From the IMG/VR virus record IMGVR_UViG_3300028586_000028, positions 1 through 51,568 of that record: a stretch of 51,568 nucleotides of DNA; one strand, 5' to 3'. A model generated the notes under the pieces. The model saw nothing but the letters and a program-made list of their open reading frames with translations. It was not told where the DNA came from and did not search any database. A program made the translations under genes and the position numbers. The DNA comes from a virus. Taxonomy: Duplodnaviria > Caudoviricetes. Below are positions 17,155-26,455 of this stretch, piece by piece (the stretch's first letter is position 1; each line of letters starts with the position of its first letter).

Positions 17155-19385
17155 TACAAAAAGGAGTCAGGAAACGAGTCGTCAAATTGCCGGCCGCCGG
17201 CCTCGGGCGGGTCGGCTAGCACTAGCTGGCCGGGGAGTAAGACCGTAAGCTTTACCTCCCGGGTGTGCAGGTTGAGCACCGCCTTGGCTAGCTCGCCATC
17301 CTGCGTGAGGTTGGTCAAGTAGGTGGCGGTTGGTGCAAGGCTAGCGAGCGAGGCCAGGCGGCCGGAAATAGTCGCCTGCTCCCGAGTGGGGCGCACCGTA
17401 TCAATCAAGGCGGGCACGCCCGTCATGGGCAGCTCCCCCGTGACCGTGTTGGGGGCCGTAGCGGGGGCGGGGCCTTCGATGGTGGCCCCGAAAGCCGAAC
17501 GCCCGCGCCGGTAGTAGCGGTAGAGCAGCTGCGAGGCGGCCAGCTCGCGGTTAGCCCTGGGCAGGCGGTTGGCCACGTCGGGGGCCAGGATGAACAGGGC
17601 ATTGTCAGGAATGCTGTCGCTCTCCAAAATGCCCGCCGCCACATCCCCCGTAAGGCGCCCCACCGAGTAGGCGGTGCGGTTGCTGCCTTCGCGGTTGTTG
17701 ACGCAGGCGCCCGTGCCGTAGTCGAGGCTGGATTTAGCGAAGTACACTTCGGCGTCTAGGTCTTCGGTTTTGGCGTTGGCAATCCCGAGTTCTTCGTAGC
17801 GCGCCAGTTGCTGGCTGCGGTAGGAGTAGGTGCCCGGCAGCACGGGGTCTTCCAGCGTGCGGGCGTCGAAGGCGCCCCCCGTACCCCGCTGCTGCTGGAG
17901 GTAGGCCCGGTTTTCGAACCGCAGATAGCCCGTTGCGGGGTCTACGAACCATCCCCCGTCGTAGAGATAGGAGAGGTCGGTGATGAACTGCTTAAAGCTG
18001 ATAAGCAGGCGCGTCGCGGCTTCAGTGGAGTTGAAGCGCTTCAAGTCCGAGCCGGCGCACAGCAGCAACCTAGGCAGCTCGTTCGCGTCGCCTGTTTCGC
18101 CGGTGGCGGGGTTGGTCAGGTTGGTCAGGAAGTCGCTCAGCATTTCCGCTTTAGGCGGCAATAGCGCCGCGCCGCCGAAGGGCAGCACGGTCTGGCTCAG
18201 CAGCGAGTACATGCCGTCAATCAACCGGAAGCAGCGCCCGAATTGAAACTCCCCGAACTTCCAGTACAGCCAGCGCTGGTTGTCGTCGTCTACTTCCTCC
18301 CGCGCATTGAGCATGCCGGCCGTGGCGGAAATACTCACGTAGTCCGAATCAAGTAACCCGTAATCCCGGGGGTACTTGCCCACGTTCAGGCTCAGAAACT
18401 CCCCCAGGTAGCCGCCGGGAATCGGGGGCGGGTTGAAGCTTAACTGGCCGTTGGTGATGATACTCCCCGAGCGGGTCGTGCTGCCGTAGATGTACGTGCC
18501 CCGGCCTGGGCCGTCGCCCTCCGTGCGCAGAAACGGGGTGTTGATGCCCGAGCCGGCCAACACGTACGACTTGAAGCCTGCGATAGCCGGCGGCTTCACG
18601 TAGTCCAGCGTGGGCGTGTTGACGGAGTTGCCGCCCTGGGCTACCCCAATTGGGAACAGGGGCGTCCACCCGTCGCGGCTGCGGTCTAGTATCAGCCATC
18701 GCGGCGGATTGCTTTCCTTAATCGGCTCCCCCAGCTTGTAGGTCTGGCGATACCGGAACAGCATCGCATCGTTGTTATCCTGAAAGCCCAGCCCAGTGCC
18801 GCGGTAGATGCTGCTGTTGTTGAGGTAGAACAACGCCCACCCATCGGTGCCGATGTAGTCGCCTTGGGTTTCTTTGGCGACGCGCAGAAACTCAATGGTG
18901 ATGTTGGCCGCCAGCGAGCCGAGCTGGGCCGATACCGTGCGCCGGTCAAGTGGCGTGGTGAGCAGGATGTTATACTCCTTATCCCAGTTGTCGAGCAATC
19001 CCCGGTACTCGTCTGCCAGCGTCGGCGTGAATGTTGCTGAGCAGTTGGCCGTATTGAATGCGCAGTCGTTGCACGTAAACGCCAGCCGCAGCGACTCCCA
19101 GGGAAGCGCCACGCTGCCTCGGTGCTCCACAAGCAGCCCTAGTTCCTCGCAGCGGGCCGTGCTGTTTTCGATAGCCCACAAGAGTTGATAATCGGCCCCC
19201 GTGAGCGTGAACGTCCCAGCCGGCTTATCGCGGTAGTAGAAGGCCCCGGCTTCAGAATTCGGCGCCGGCTCACGGGTAATGGTGAGGTCGTTGGCAACGC
19301 CGGGCGCCAGCGGGTGCGGCACGCTGCGGTAAAGCAAGCTAAAGCGCAACAGGGAGGTATCGGGCGCGGAGACAGGTAGTGGCAC
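17154..19385 (-). CDS. Tail tip/hub protein
   Basis: 743 aa, downstream of the tape measure gene. Confidence 0.65.
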   Translation of the reverse strand: MPLPVSAPDTSLLRFSLLYRSVPHPLAPGVANDLTITREPAPNSEAGAFYYRDKPAGTFTLTGADYQLLWAIENSTARCEELGLLVEHRGSVALPWESLRLAFTCNDCAFNTANCSATFTPTLADEYRGLLDNWDKEYNILLTTPLDRRTVSAQLGSLAANITIEFLRVAKETQGDYIGTDGWALFYLNNSSIYRGTGLGFQDNNDAMLFRYRQTYKLGEPIKESNPPRWLILDRSRDGWTPLFPIGVAQGGNSVNTPTLDYVKPPAIAGFKSYVLAGSGINTPFLRTEGDGPGRGTYIYGSTTRSGSIITNGQLSFNPPPIPGGYLGEFLSLNVGKYPRDYGLLDSDYVSISATAGMLNAREEVDDDNQRWLYWKFGEFQFGRCFRLIDGMYSLLSQTVLPFGGAALLPPKAEMLSDFLTNLTNPATGETGDANELPRLLLCAGSDLKRFNSTEAATRLLISFKQFITDLSYLYDGGWFVDPATGYLRFENRAYLQQQRGTGGAFDARTLEDPVLPGTYSYRSQQLARYEELGIANAKTEDLDAEVYFAKSSLDYGTGACVNNREGSNRTAYSVGRLTGDVAAGILESDSIPDNALFILAPDVANRLPRANRELAASQLLYRYYRRGRSAFGATIEGPAPATAPNTVTGELPMTGVPALIDTVRPTREQATISGRLASLASLAPTATYLTNLTQDGELAKAVLNLHTREVKLTVLLPGQLVLADPPEAGGRQFDDSFPDSFL

Positions 19386-19389
19386 GCCT

Positions 19390-19424
19390 CAAAAGTGAGG
19401 CGTGCGCTAGGCGGGCAGGAAGCT
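19390..19424 (-). promoter_or_regulatory. Candidate late promoter copy c (10-bp hairpin at 19382-19405)
   Basis: AGCTTCCTG-N18-CACTTTTG-AGGC-GTG. Confidence 0.65.
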
Positions 19425-19764
19425 ATGGGCGGAAGCTAAGCTGCGCACGCTCCGCAAGCGAGTCTGGCAAAGGATCAACGGCGCCAGGCGTAAGTGCGAA
19501 AACCGTCGTGTGTAGCGTCAGTGCCCCGAAGCCATTTTTGGCTCGGTAAGTATGCTCATACAAGTCCCCGATGCGGGTGCTATCCGTCGCAACCCTGCCG
19601 GTATTGGCATACGTCGCCGGGCCCAAAAACCGAAAGGAGATGGGCTCATAACTGCCGGGGTCGTTTGCATGCGTTTCCACGAATGCTATAATCTGCTTCT
19701 GCTCGGGGGTGTGACGCTCACAGGCAGAAAGCAGGCACAGGGCCAGCAGGAGTTTTTTGGTCAT
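19423..19764 (-). CDS. Lipoprotein (moron)
   Basis: LSAC lipobox; DPGSYEPI...HTYRAKNGFGAL motif. Confidence 0.75.
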   Translation of the reverse strand: MTKKLLLALCLLSACERHTPEQKQIIAFVETHANDPGSYEPISFRFLGPATYANTGRVATDSTRIGDLYEHTYRAKNGFGALTLHTTVFALTPGAVDPLPDSLAERAQLSFRP

Positions 19765-19768
19765 CGCG

Positions 19769-20239
19769 CTACTGGGTGAGCTTGCCGCTCACCGCTTTAC
19801 CGGTGTAAGTGAGCGCAACCCCTTTGTTAGCTGCTGTTAACGTACCGCCGCCCGTGAGGTCCAGGGTCTTTACCTGTGTGAAATTGGCGTCGGCGGTTCT
19901 CGTTATAACGTTGACTGTCCAGGGCAATGCCGTCGCGGCGCCCGAACGATAGGTGTAGGCTGCCTCTATTTCAACGCCAGTATTGGATGGCGTGAGGCCG
20001 CGCCAGGTGTAGTACGTAGTAGCGGATGCGCCGCCGGCGGCCTCAATCGCCTCCATCTTCAGCTTTAGATTAGAAAGCGTGTAGGCCGGGGCGCCCGCTG
20101 GAGTAATGACAAAGGAGCCTGTAGTAGCGGCAAATTGCCCTGTTACGGTGGGCGTAGGGGCTGGCACAGGAGCGGGGGCAGCCTCCTTAGAGCCGCACCC
20201 CGCCAGCACGAAAACAAGGGCAAGTATAGTGTTTTTCAT
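19769..20239 (-). CDS. Lipoprotein (moron)
   Basis: LAGC lipobox; TATATTAG just upstream of the ATG. Confidence 0.75.
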   Translation of the reverse strand: MKNTILALVFVLAGCGSKEAAPAPVPAPTPTVTGQFAATTGSFVITPAGAPAYTLSNLKLKMEAIEAAGGASATTYYTWRGLTPSNTGVEIEAAYTYRSGAATALPWTVNVITRTADANFTQVKTLDLTGGGTLTAANKGVALTYTGKAVSGKLTQ

Positions 20240-20253
20240 GCCCCTAATATATA

Positions 20254-23200
20254 CTAGCCGCCTACTGTTACCACCTTAGTGCTGCCGTTCTCAGCGCGCT
20301 CCATATACCGCCCGCCTCCTAGCGGGATAGTTTCTGGCTTATCTGCCATGCGGCCGTTACTGGCCTTTATTTCGGCCAGCTCAGCTCGAACGGCTGCTAA
20401 TTCGGCTCGCACGGGCTCCATGTTTGCCGTCTGCTGGAAGTGGTAGTGCGCCGCCTTTTCGGCCGCCATTTTGCCGGGCAACTCAAGGTCTGGCAAGAGC
20501 GCCTGCATCTGGGGAGTAGCCCAGTCAATCTTGTCGGGCGTGCCTTCGTGCAGGTTTTTGAACAGTGCCCGGTAGTCGCGGGTGAGTTCCTGGTTGGCGA
20601 CAAATTCCCCCTTGTGGACCGTGCCCGCCTCTTCGTATTTGCCCCCGTCAGGGGTGAAGCCGCCGGTAAAGTAGCCCTGCGACTGTGCAGCCTTTGAGGC
20701 GGCGGCCTTCGTGCCGACAAAGGAAGCCACCATTGCGCCAGCCGCAACAATGCCCAGGATGGAGCCGACCAATGGGATAGTAGACCAACCGGCAATAATG
20801 TTGGCCACGGCCAGTGAGATAGACGAAATAGCTTGCAAGTCATTGATGGCTTGCTGCTGCTTGGCAATCTCTTTTGCCTCGTTGATAGCCTCGCGCTTCG
20901 CGGCCTTCTCAGCAGCGATGCTCTCCTGTATGCCTTTGATGTTGCTGGCCGATCCCTCTTGGTTTAGTTGTATCTCGGCGGCCAACTGCGCCTGTAGCCC
21001 TTCAATATTTTCCTGATGGGCCTGGATTTTCGCCTGCTCAGCGGCCAGTTGTGCACTCAGAATGTCGTTGATAGCGCCAATAGCTTGGCTAGCCACCGCT
21101 GCGAACTGCGAGCGAAGCTCATCGGAGTCGTTCTCTCCAAAAAGCAGTTTGTATACGAAATCGTCTGCTTTGTGCTTCGCCTTTTCTTGGTCAATGCCGC
21201 GCAGCTCGGCGCCCACTTCTGCGATGCGGGCACCTGCCTGCGCCCGCGCCAGTTCGCCTTCCTTCGTGCCAAGTAGCAGGCTGTTATTCAGGGTGTCTTG
21301 CGCATGCTTACGCTCAATCTCAAGCAAAGCCTGCTTTTCTGCCCGCTTCGCCTCTATCACTGAAATGCCCGTGCCCTCACCAAAGGTGGCCCCCACCTCT
21401 TGCACGCGAGCCGTAGCTACGTTAGCCACTTGGCTACTGGCCGCCTCTGCCTGCCGGAAGCGTAACGCCAGCAAGTCCCGCTGCCGGGCTTCCTCAATAG
21501 CTAGCTCATTGGCCGTGAGTTCGCGCCTTTTGGCAAGTCGAATGCCTGCCGCCTCGTCTAAATCATCAAATTCTGCTGATTGAAAGCTACCAAGGGCTGT
21601 CCGCTCCGCATTATATCGCCGGTTTATAGCCTCCAGCTCTTTGGCGTCGCTCTCGCGGCGCAAATCAAATAGTTGCTGTTCACCCTTTACTGCAATGGCT
21701 CTTAGTTTTGCGTAATACGCATCTAGCGCGCCGACATTTATTGTTGCTAGCTGCGCATCCTGCGCTGCATTCGTTTGCCCGTCTGCTTTGTCGCCTAGCT
21801 TATCTACCTTCTTTTGGCCGCCCTTCGCTAGCGCTAATTCTGCTACTTTCTTTTCCCGGTCAATAATCGCCTGCTTTAGCTTTTCGCTTTGCCGCAGCGC
21901 CTCTTCAAACGTCAGGCGCGCCCGCTCGGCTTCGTCCTGGCTGTCCTTAATGGCCGCCTGCGCGGCCTTCGTTCTTAGGTTCTCCTGGGCAGTAGCCAGG
22001 GCGCGTAAGGCCGCTGCTAGGCGGTCGGCGGCGGCTTTTGCTGACTTGTCCACTTTGCCAAGCAAGCGCTGCAATTCCTTTTCGGCCTTGTCAAGCTGCT
22101 CGGCTAAGCCCCCAGCACCTAGCAGGAAATCCGCGCCCGTTCCATCTGCGTATTGCAGGGTGGCCTTTTTCTGCCGCTCTTTTAAATCCTTGATTATATC
22201 TTCCTGCTTTTTAACTAAGCCCTCCAATTGGGCGGCCGTGGGGTCTGTGGGTAACAGCGGGTTATAGCCGCGCAGCGCTTGCCGGTTTAGTAGATTGAGC
22301 CGAATATCTTCCTGCACTTTGGCAAGCTGGTCGCTGTACTGCGTCGTTAGCTTGTCAGATTCGGCCTGCGACAGCAGCGAGGGCACGGCCTGTCCTTGCC
22401 CCACCTTGTACTCTTCGCGCCGCAGCTTAAGCCCCGTGGTGGGGTCTGTTTCCGTTCGGCCTAGCTCTTTGCGCAAGCGCGTCTGCTCGTTAATCAGCGC
22501 TACAAGGTTGGCTCTATTGTCCTTAAGTGCGCCCGCGTTATTGAGTTCGACAAGCTTTTGCTGGTCACGCACAAAAGCCCGCACGGCTTCGCTGTTTATC
22601 CCCAGCGCCTTGCCGTAAGCGTCAAACTGTGTTACCGCGCCGGGCACGGATTTAGCCAATTGCTGTATGATTGAATCAAGCTCTTTTTGCTGGACCGTGT
22701 TGCGCCCGGTTATGCCGCTTAGCGCTTCGTAGCGGCTCAGCAGGGGCGTTACGGTGGCTGTGAGCGCCTTTGTGGCTTCGGCCTGCCGGAAGTACGCGCT
22801 GGCCGAATCGGTGGCAACCTGCGCCGTTGTTTTGCTCGAGCTGACTAGCGCAGCAAACGCGGCGACAAGGGGCGCGAATTTCTCCCCAATGCTAGCGCTA
22901 CTCTTTGCAAAAAAGGTGCTGATACGCCCTAGATTAGACCCTACCTGCGTGGCCGCGTCGGCGGTAGCATCCCCATAGGTGGCTTTTAGTTGGGCGGCAA
23001 ATTTGGGTAAGAAGTCACTGGCTAGTACCTTGCCCGCCTGCAACTGCTTGCCCAATTCGGCCGTGGTGAGGCCCATTGCTTTAGCAGCTAAGCCAAAGGC
23101 GCCGGGCAGCCGCTCCCCAATTTGGCCGCGCAACTCTTCGGACGCCACCGTGCCCTTGCTGGCAATCTGTTGCAGGGCCAGCAGTACGCCGTTGGTATCG

Positions 23201-24069
23201 TCGGCGCTTAAGCTAAGCACCTTTGCCGCGCCCGCTACTCCCTCAAAAACTTCTCGTGTAGTGGCTACGGATAAATTAGCCTCTTTAGCAGCCGCAAACA
23301 GGCCGGTGTAAGCCTTGGCCGTGGGCACTAGCGACAACCCTAGTTCGTCAGATTTCTCTTTGATGTACTGAAACTCGCGGGCACCGTCGCTAGCATTGCC
23401 CGCCACGGCCTTTAGCGTAGTCTGTACGCCCTTAATTGCGCCGTAGTCGGCTAGTCCTTGCTTTACCCGGTTGCTAACCTCATTGAAGGCAAAAAAGCCC
23501 GCTGTGGCAGCCGTGGCGCTTGTGAGTAGCCCGCTAAAGATATTGCCGCCGGGCGCGGTGCCCGTGACCTTGCTGATTAAGCCAGCAAAGACCCCTTGCC
23601 CCTTGCTGGCTTCCTTCGCTGTATTGGCAACTTCCTTTGCAGCTAGCCGAGCCGCCGCTGCCGCCTGCTTTTCAGCTTCGGCCACTTCACGAGCGGCCTG
23701 CTTTTCCGCTTTGCGGGCGGCGGCTAGCTCTTGGTTAGCCCTGCGGCGTTCAGCCGCCCCCTCGGCCGCCGCCCGACGCAGCGCCGATTCGGCGGCCTGC
23801 TGGTCGCGGATTTCCTTCACAACGCCGGCTATCTGCTGAGCATAGAGTTGCTGAGCTGCAGCGCTACGCTGCGTTTCTACCACGATGCTGGAAAGCCGGC
23901 CTTCGAATAACTGCGCAGCCCGGGCGCCTTCGGCCAGCGCTGCATTGGCCTGCCCTTGCCCTTGGCGCACACTGGCGGCGGCCGCGTCGGCAGCGGCGCC
24001 TAGCTTGTCGAGCGAGGCCAGCGCGGGGCCAATATCTAGCGTGATGCCTTGTCCTACGTCAACGGCCAT
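20254..24069 (-). CDS. Tail tape measure protein
   Basis: 1271 aa, helical; LALQQIASKG.V.SEELRGQIGERLPGAF motif; C-terminal GGFT.DGGKYE.AG.VHKGEFV. Confidence 0.93.
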   Translation of the reverse strand: MAVDVGQGITLDIGPALASLDKLGAAADAAAASVRQGQGQANAALAEGARAAQLFEGRLSSIVVETQRSAAAQQLYAQQIAGVVKEIRDQQAAESALRRAAAEGAAERRRANQELAAARKAEKQAAREVAEAEKQAAAAARLAAKEVANTAKEASKGQGVFAGLISKVTGTAPGGNIFSGLLTSATAATAGFFAFNEVSNRVKQGLADYGAIKGVQTTLKAVAGNASDGAREFQYIKEKSDELGLSLVPTAKAYTGLFAAAKEANLSVATTREVFEGVAGAAKVLSLSADDTNGVLLALQQIASKGTVASEELRGQIGERLPGAFGLAAKAMGLTTAELGKQLQAGKVLASDFLPKFAAQLKATYGDATADAATQVGSNLGRISTFFAKSSASIGEKFAPLVAAFAALVSSSKTTAQVATDSASAYFRQAEATKALTATVTPLLSRYEALSGITGRNTVQQKELDSIIQQLAKSVPGAVTQFDAYGKALGINSEAVRAFVRDQQKLVELNNAGALKDNRANLVALINEQTRLRKELGRTETDPTTGLKLRREEYKVGQGQAVPSLLSQAESDKLTTQYSDQLAKVQEDIRLNLLNRQALRGYNPLLPTDPTAAQLEGLVKKQEDIIKDLKERQKKATLQYADGTGADFLLGAGGLAEQLDKAEKELQRLLGKVDKSAKAAADRLAAALRALATAQENLRTKAAQAAIKDSQDEAERARLTFEEALRQSEKLKQAIIDREKKVAELALAKGGQKKVDKLGDKADGQTNAAQDAQLATINVGALDAYYAKLRAIAVKGEQQLFDLRRESDAKELEAINRRYNAERTALGSFQSAEFDDLDEAAGIRLAKRRELTANELAIEEARQRDLLALRFRQAEAASSQVANVATARVQEVGATFGEGTGISVIEAKRAEKQALLEIERKHAQDTLNNSLLLGTKEGELARAQAGARIAEVGAELRGIDQEKAKHKADDFVYKLLFGENDSDELRSQFAAVASQAIGAINDILSAQLAAEQAKIQAHQENIEGLQAQLAAEIQLNQEGSASNIKGIQESIAAEKAAKREAINEAKEIAKQQQAINDLQAISSISLAVANIIAGWSTIPLVGSILGIVAAGAMVASFVGTKAAASKAAQSQGYFTGGFTPDGGKYEEAGTVHKGEFVANQELTRDYRALFKNLHEGTPDKIDWATPQMQALLPDLELPGKMAAEKAAHYHFQQTANMEPVRAELAAVRAELAEIKASNGRMADKPETIPLGGGRYMERAENGSTKVVTVGG

Positions 24070-24338
24070 TATTTCGGGGTGCTAATAGATTCTACTTCTT
24101 TGCGCCACAGCGCCAAATGCCGGTAAAAGGACACAATGTCCATTGCGTCAAGCGCGGCGTACTCTGAGCTTTTTCCATCCGCCAAGGCGTAGTAGAGGCC
24201 AGCCCAATACTCTTCAATTAGGGCATCTCGCTCGGCAGCGTTTCGGGGCCGCTTGCCGCTTCCATTGGACTTAGGCTCGACTGGAGCAACCGCTTGTAAA
24301 AGCCGGGCACGAGCCGCGCTGCCTGCAAGAAAAAAAAA
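24069..24338 (-). CDS. Tail assembly chaperone GT extension (-1 frame)
   Basis: Open in the -1 frame from the T9 run to the tape measure start. Confidence 0.75.
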   Translation of the reverse strand, partial: FFFLAGSAARARLLQAVAPVEPKSNGSGKRPRNAAERDALIEEYWAGLYYALADGKSSEYAALDAMDIVSFYRHLALWRKEVESISTPK

Positions 24339-24742
24339 TCCACGGCAATGCCACACGTCTCCCACTTTTCGAGCTTTTCGAGCATGGCAGGGTGGTTGTA
24401 TTCCAGGTAGTTTTCACCTGGCCCATTGAAAAACAGCCCACAGAGCTCCATCGCGCCAATTCTATTATTGCCTAGGTAGGTGGTGGCATCGCGAAGGTTG
24501 CCAATGGTTTGCCAGCCTAGCGCATCCTGCTTCGCGTTCCCGGCCGCCCACGCCCTATCCAACTCTTGACAGAAGGCCGAAAAGGTGCCGTTAAACCCGA
24601 ACTCCATTTGCCGCTTCTGAAACACCTTATAGCGCTTCGGGTAGAGCACTTCTGTTAGGGTGTACACCGTGCCATCAGGTGTGGTGAAGCTGCTGGCCGA
24701 TGGGTCAGGCTGCGTATAGTTTTCTAGCTCTCGGATGTCCAT
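24218..24742 (-). CDS. Tail assembly chaperone G
   Basis: Upstream of the tape measure gene; contains GAT TTT TTT TTC slippery site. Confidence 0.78.
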   Translation of the reverse strand: MDIRELENYTQPDPSASSFTTPDGTVYTLTEVLYPKRYKVFQKRQMEFGFNGTFSAFCQELDRAWAAGNAKQDALGWQTIGNLRDATTYLGNNRIGAMELCGLFFNGPGENYLEYNHPAMLEKLEKWETCGIAVDFFFLQAARLVPGFYKRLLQSSLSPMEAASGPETLPSEMP

Positions 24743-25164
24743 TTGTGTAGAATAATGGCAGTGATGATAGTAAAGGCCGTGAAGGCGATGTGCTCAAAAG
24801 GGGAGTAGGCCAGCCAGTAGCGGCTTAGCCAGGGCGCGGGGCCAGCGGGCAGGTGACGGACGATATAGCCCAAGTAGCCCCATAAACCCCACTGCCCGGC
24901 CACGCAGACGTAGCAGCCCCACAATGGAGGCCACCACCATTGGTCGCCAAGCTCTTTGCTGGTTTCGGGCCCTAGGCAGCGGATGGGCCCAAGGCCGGGC
25001 TGTTCGGGGTCAGTAGTGTAGGCAATAGGCCGGTAAGGCTTACGATACCACGCGTGTAGCCACCGCCGCGCCGGCGCCAGTAGCATCCCCTCGCGCACCA
25101 ACACGTCGGCAAATACCACGGCAATGCCAGCCAAGGCCAGCAGGAATAATAGTTTATCTAGCAT
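24724..25164 (-). CDS. Membrane protein with CxxC...W motif (DUF1360-like)
   Basis: TM helices; LWGCYVCVAGQW. Confidence 0.6.
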   Translation of the reverse strand: MLDKLLFLLALAGIAVVFADVLVREGMLLAPARRWLHAWYRKPYRPIAYTTDPEQPGLGPIRCLGPETSKELGDQWWWPPLWGCYVCVAGQWGLWGYLGYIVRHLPAGPAPWLSRYWLAYSPFEHIAFTAFTIITAIILHKWTSES

Positions 25165-25754
25165 ACAGCAGCTTCTTTAGCGCCCGGCAGGGGCGTGGTG
25201 ACACAGATGCGGGCTAACTGATACTGCACCTTCAAATCCAGGCCCATGAGCCGGTAGGGAGGCAGTAGCAGCAGCGTTTGATTGGCGAAGGAGTAGCGCC
25301 CGTACAGGCTCGTTTCGGCGGGCAACAGGGTGTAGGTCGTGAGCACGTCCACGAACTCGCCTTCCGAGTAGCGGCGGTTGACAGACAGCGCCTTTTCAAC
25401 GGCAGCGAGCAGCACGGGCTCGCTCAGTGGGCCATCCAGCCGGTCGGGGTTCACCCACATGAGCAGCCGCAGGCTCGTCACCTTCACCCCGAGGCTAGGG
25501 GGGAGCTGGCTATTGGCGAAGGGCACGGTGCCACCATCTTCGAAGAAGGCCGTGCCTACGGTGGACTTGTCAGGCACCAAGTAGTACTTGTCGCGTTCGC
25601 ACTCTTCGGCGGTGAAGGCGACGGGCAGGGGCAGCTTAAGGATGCCATCTTCCTCCGAGGTGAAGGCGTAGAGGCGGGCCAGGCCCGTTATCCGGTCCAG
25701 AAAGGGCAGGGCAGCGGCTAGGCGGGCGGCTAAGAGTGAGGCGAGAGCTTCCAT
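25158..25754 (-). CDS. Neck/tail-terminator-like protein
   Basis: Position and size only. Confidence 0.5.
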   Translation of the reverse strand: MEALASLLAARLAAALPFLDRITGLARLYAFTSEEDGILKLPLPVAFTAEECERDKYYLVPDKSTVGTAFFEDGGTVPFANSQLPPSLGVKVTSLRLLMWVNPDRLDGPLSEPVLLAAVEKALSVNRRYSEGEFVDVLTTYTLLPAETSLYGRYSFANQTLLLLPPYRLMGLDLKVQYQLARICVTTPLPGAKEAAVC

Positions 25755-25755
25755 G

Positions 25756-26082
25756 CTAGTTGTTGCCTGTAGTGGGGAATGGCGTCAGCAATTTTCGAGC
25801 GGCCGCGCCTAAGCGCCATTTCTCCCAAGCGGCACACATCTCATCGAAGCTGACTAGTAGCTTTACTTCGTTGTTGCCGTAGAGCAAGATGCACTTAGGG
25901 CCCTGTGGAGTGACCTTCTCGTCGTAAGGAGATGGCGTAGGCCAATCTTGGACGCACTCAATATCCTCCCAGCGATAGCGGGTCGCGGCCTTGTACAGCA
26001 CCTTGCCGGACACATCCTCTTCCTTGACCCAAAACGCATCAGCGCCAAAGGTGTCGGCTGAAAATATTTTTAGCGTGCTCAT
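25756..26082 (-). CDS. Hypothetical protein
   Basis: Operon packing. Confidence 0.65.
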   Translation of the reverse strand: MSTLKIFSADTFGADAFWVKEEDVSGKVLYKAATRYRWEDIECVQDWPTPSPYDEKVTPQGPKCILLYGNNEVKLLVSFDEMCAAWEKWRLGAAARKLLTPFPTTGNN

Positions 26083-26453
26083 GCCTCAAGTGTTGGCGTC
26101 CCAGCCGGACGCAGCAGAATGCCAGGCACTTCGGTAGCCCCGAAGCCAAAGCCAGCATACCATTTTATCAAGTCCTTGTCAGACATGATTTGCCCATCGT
26201 AGGCCAGCACCTGCAAGTAGAGTGGCACCGCATGGAACTCTCGCACCATCGCACCAAGCAACGCCCGGCCTAGCCCCTTGCGCCGAAAATCAGCTTTCAC
26301 CCAAACGCGGCCAATCCAGCGGACACCGTGCCGTACATAGCTTTCGCCCTCGGTTATGGGCTCACCTTCCACGTCGTAATTCTGGAAGAGGTCACGGCGG
26401 TTAAGCGCGGAATGCAGGGATAGGGCGACTTCTTCAGTCTTTTTCTTGCTCAT
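26079..26453 (-). CDS. GNAT-family acetyltransferase
   Basis: V.ADFRRKGLGRALL motif A; L..WY..FGF motif B. Confidence 0.85.
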   Translation of the reverse strand: MSKKKTEEVALSLHSALNRRDLFQNYDVEGEPITEGESYVRHGVRWIGRVWVKADFRRKGLGRALLGAMVREFHAVPLYLQVLAYDGQIMSDKDLIKWYAGFGFGATEVPGILLRPAGTPTLEA

Positions 26454-26455
26454 GA

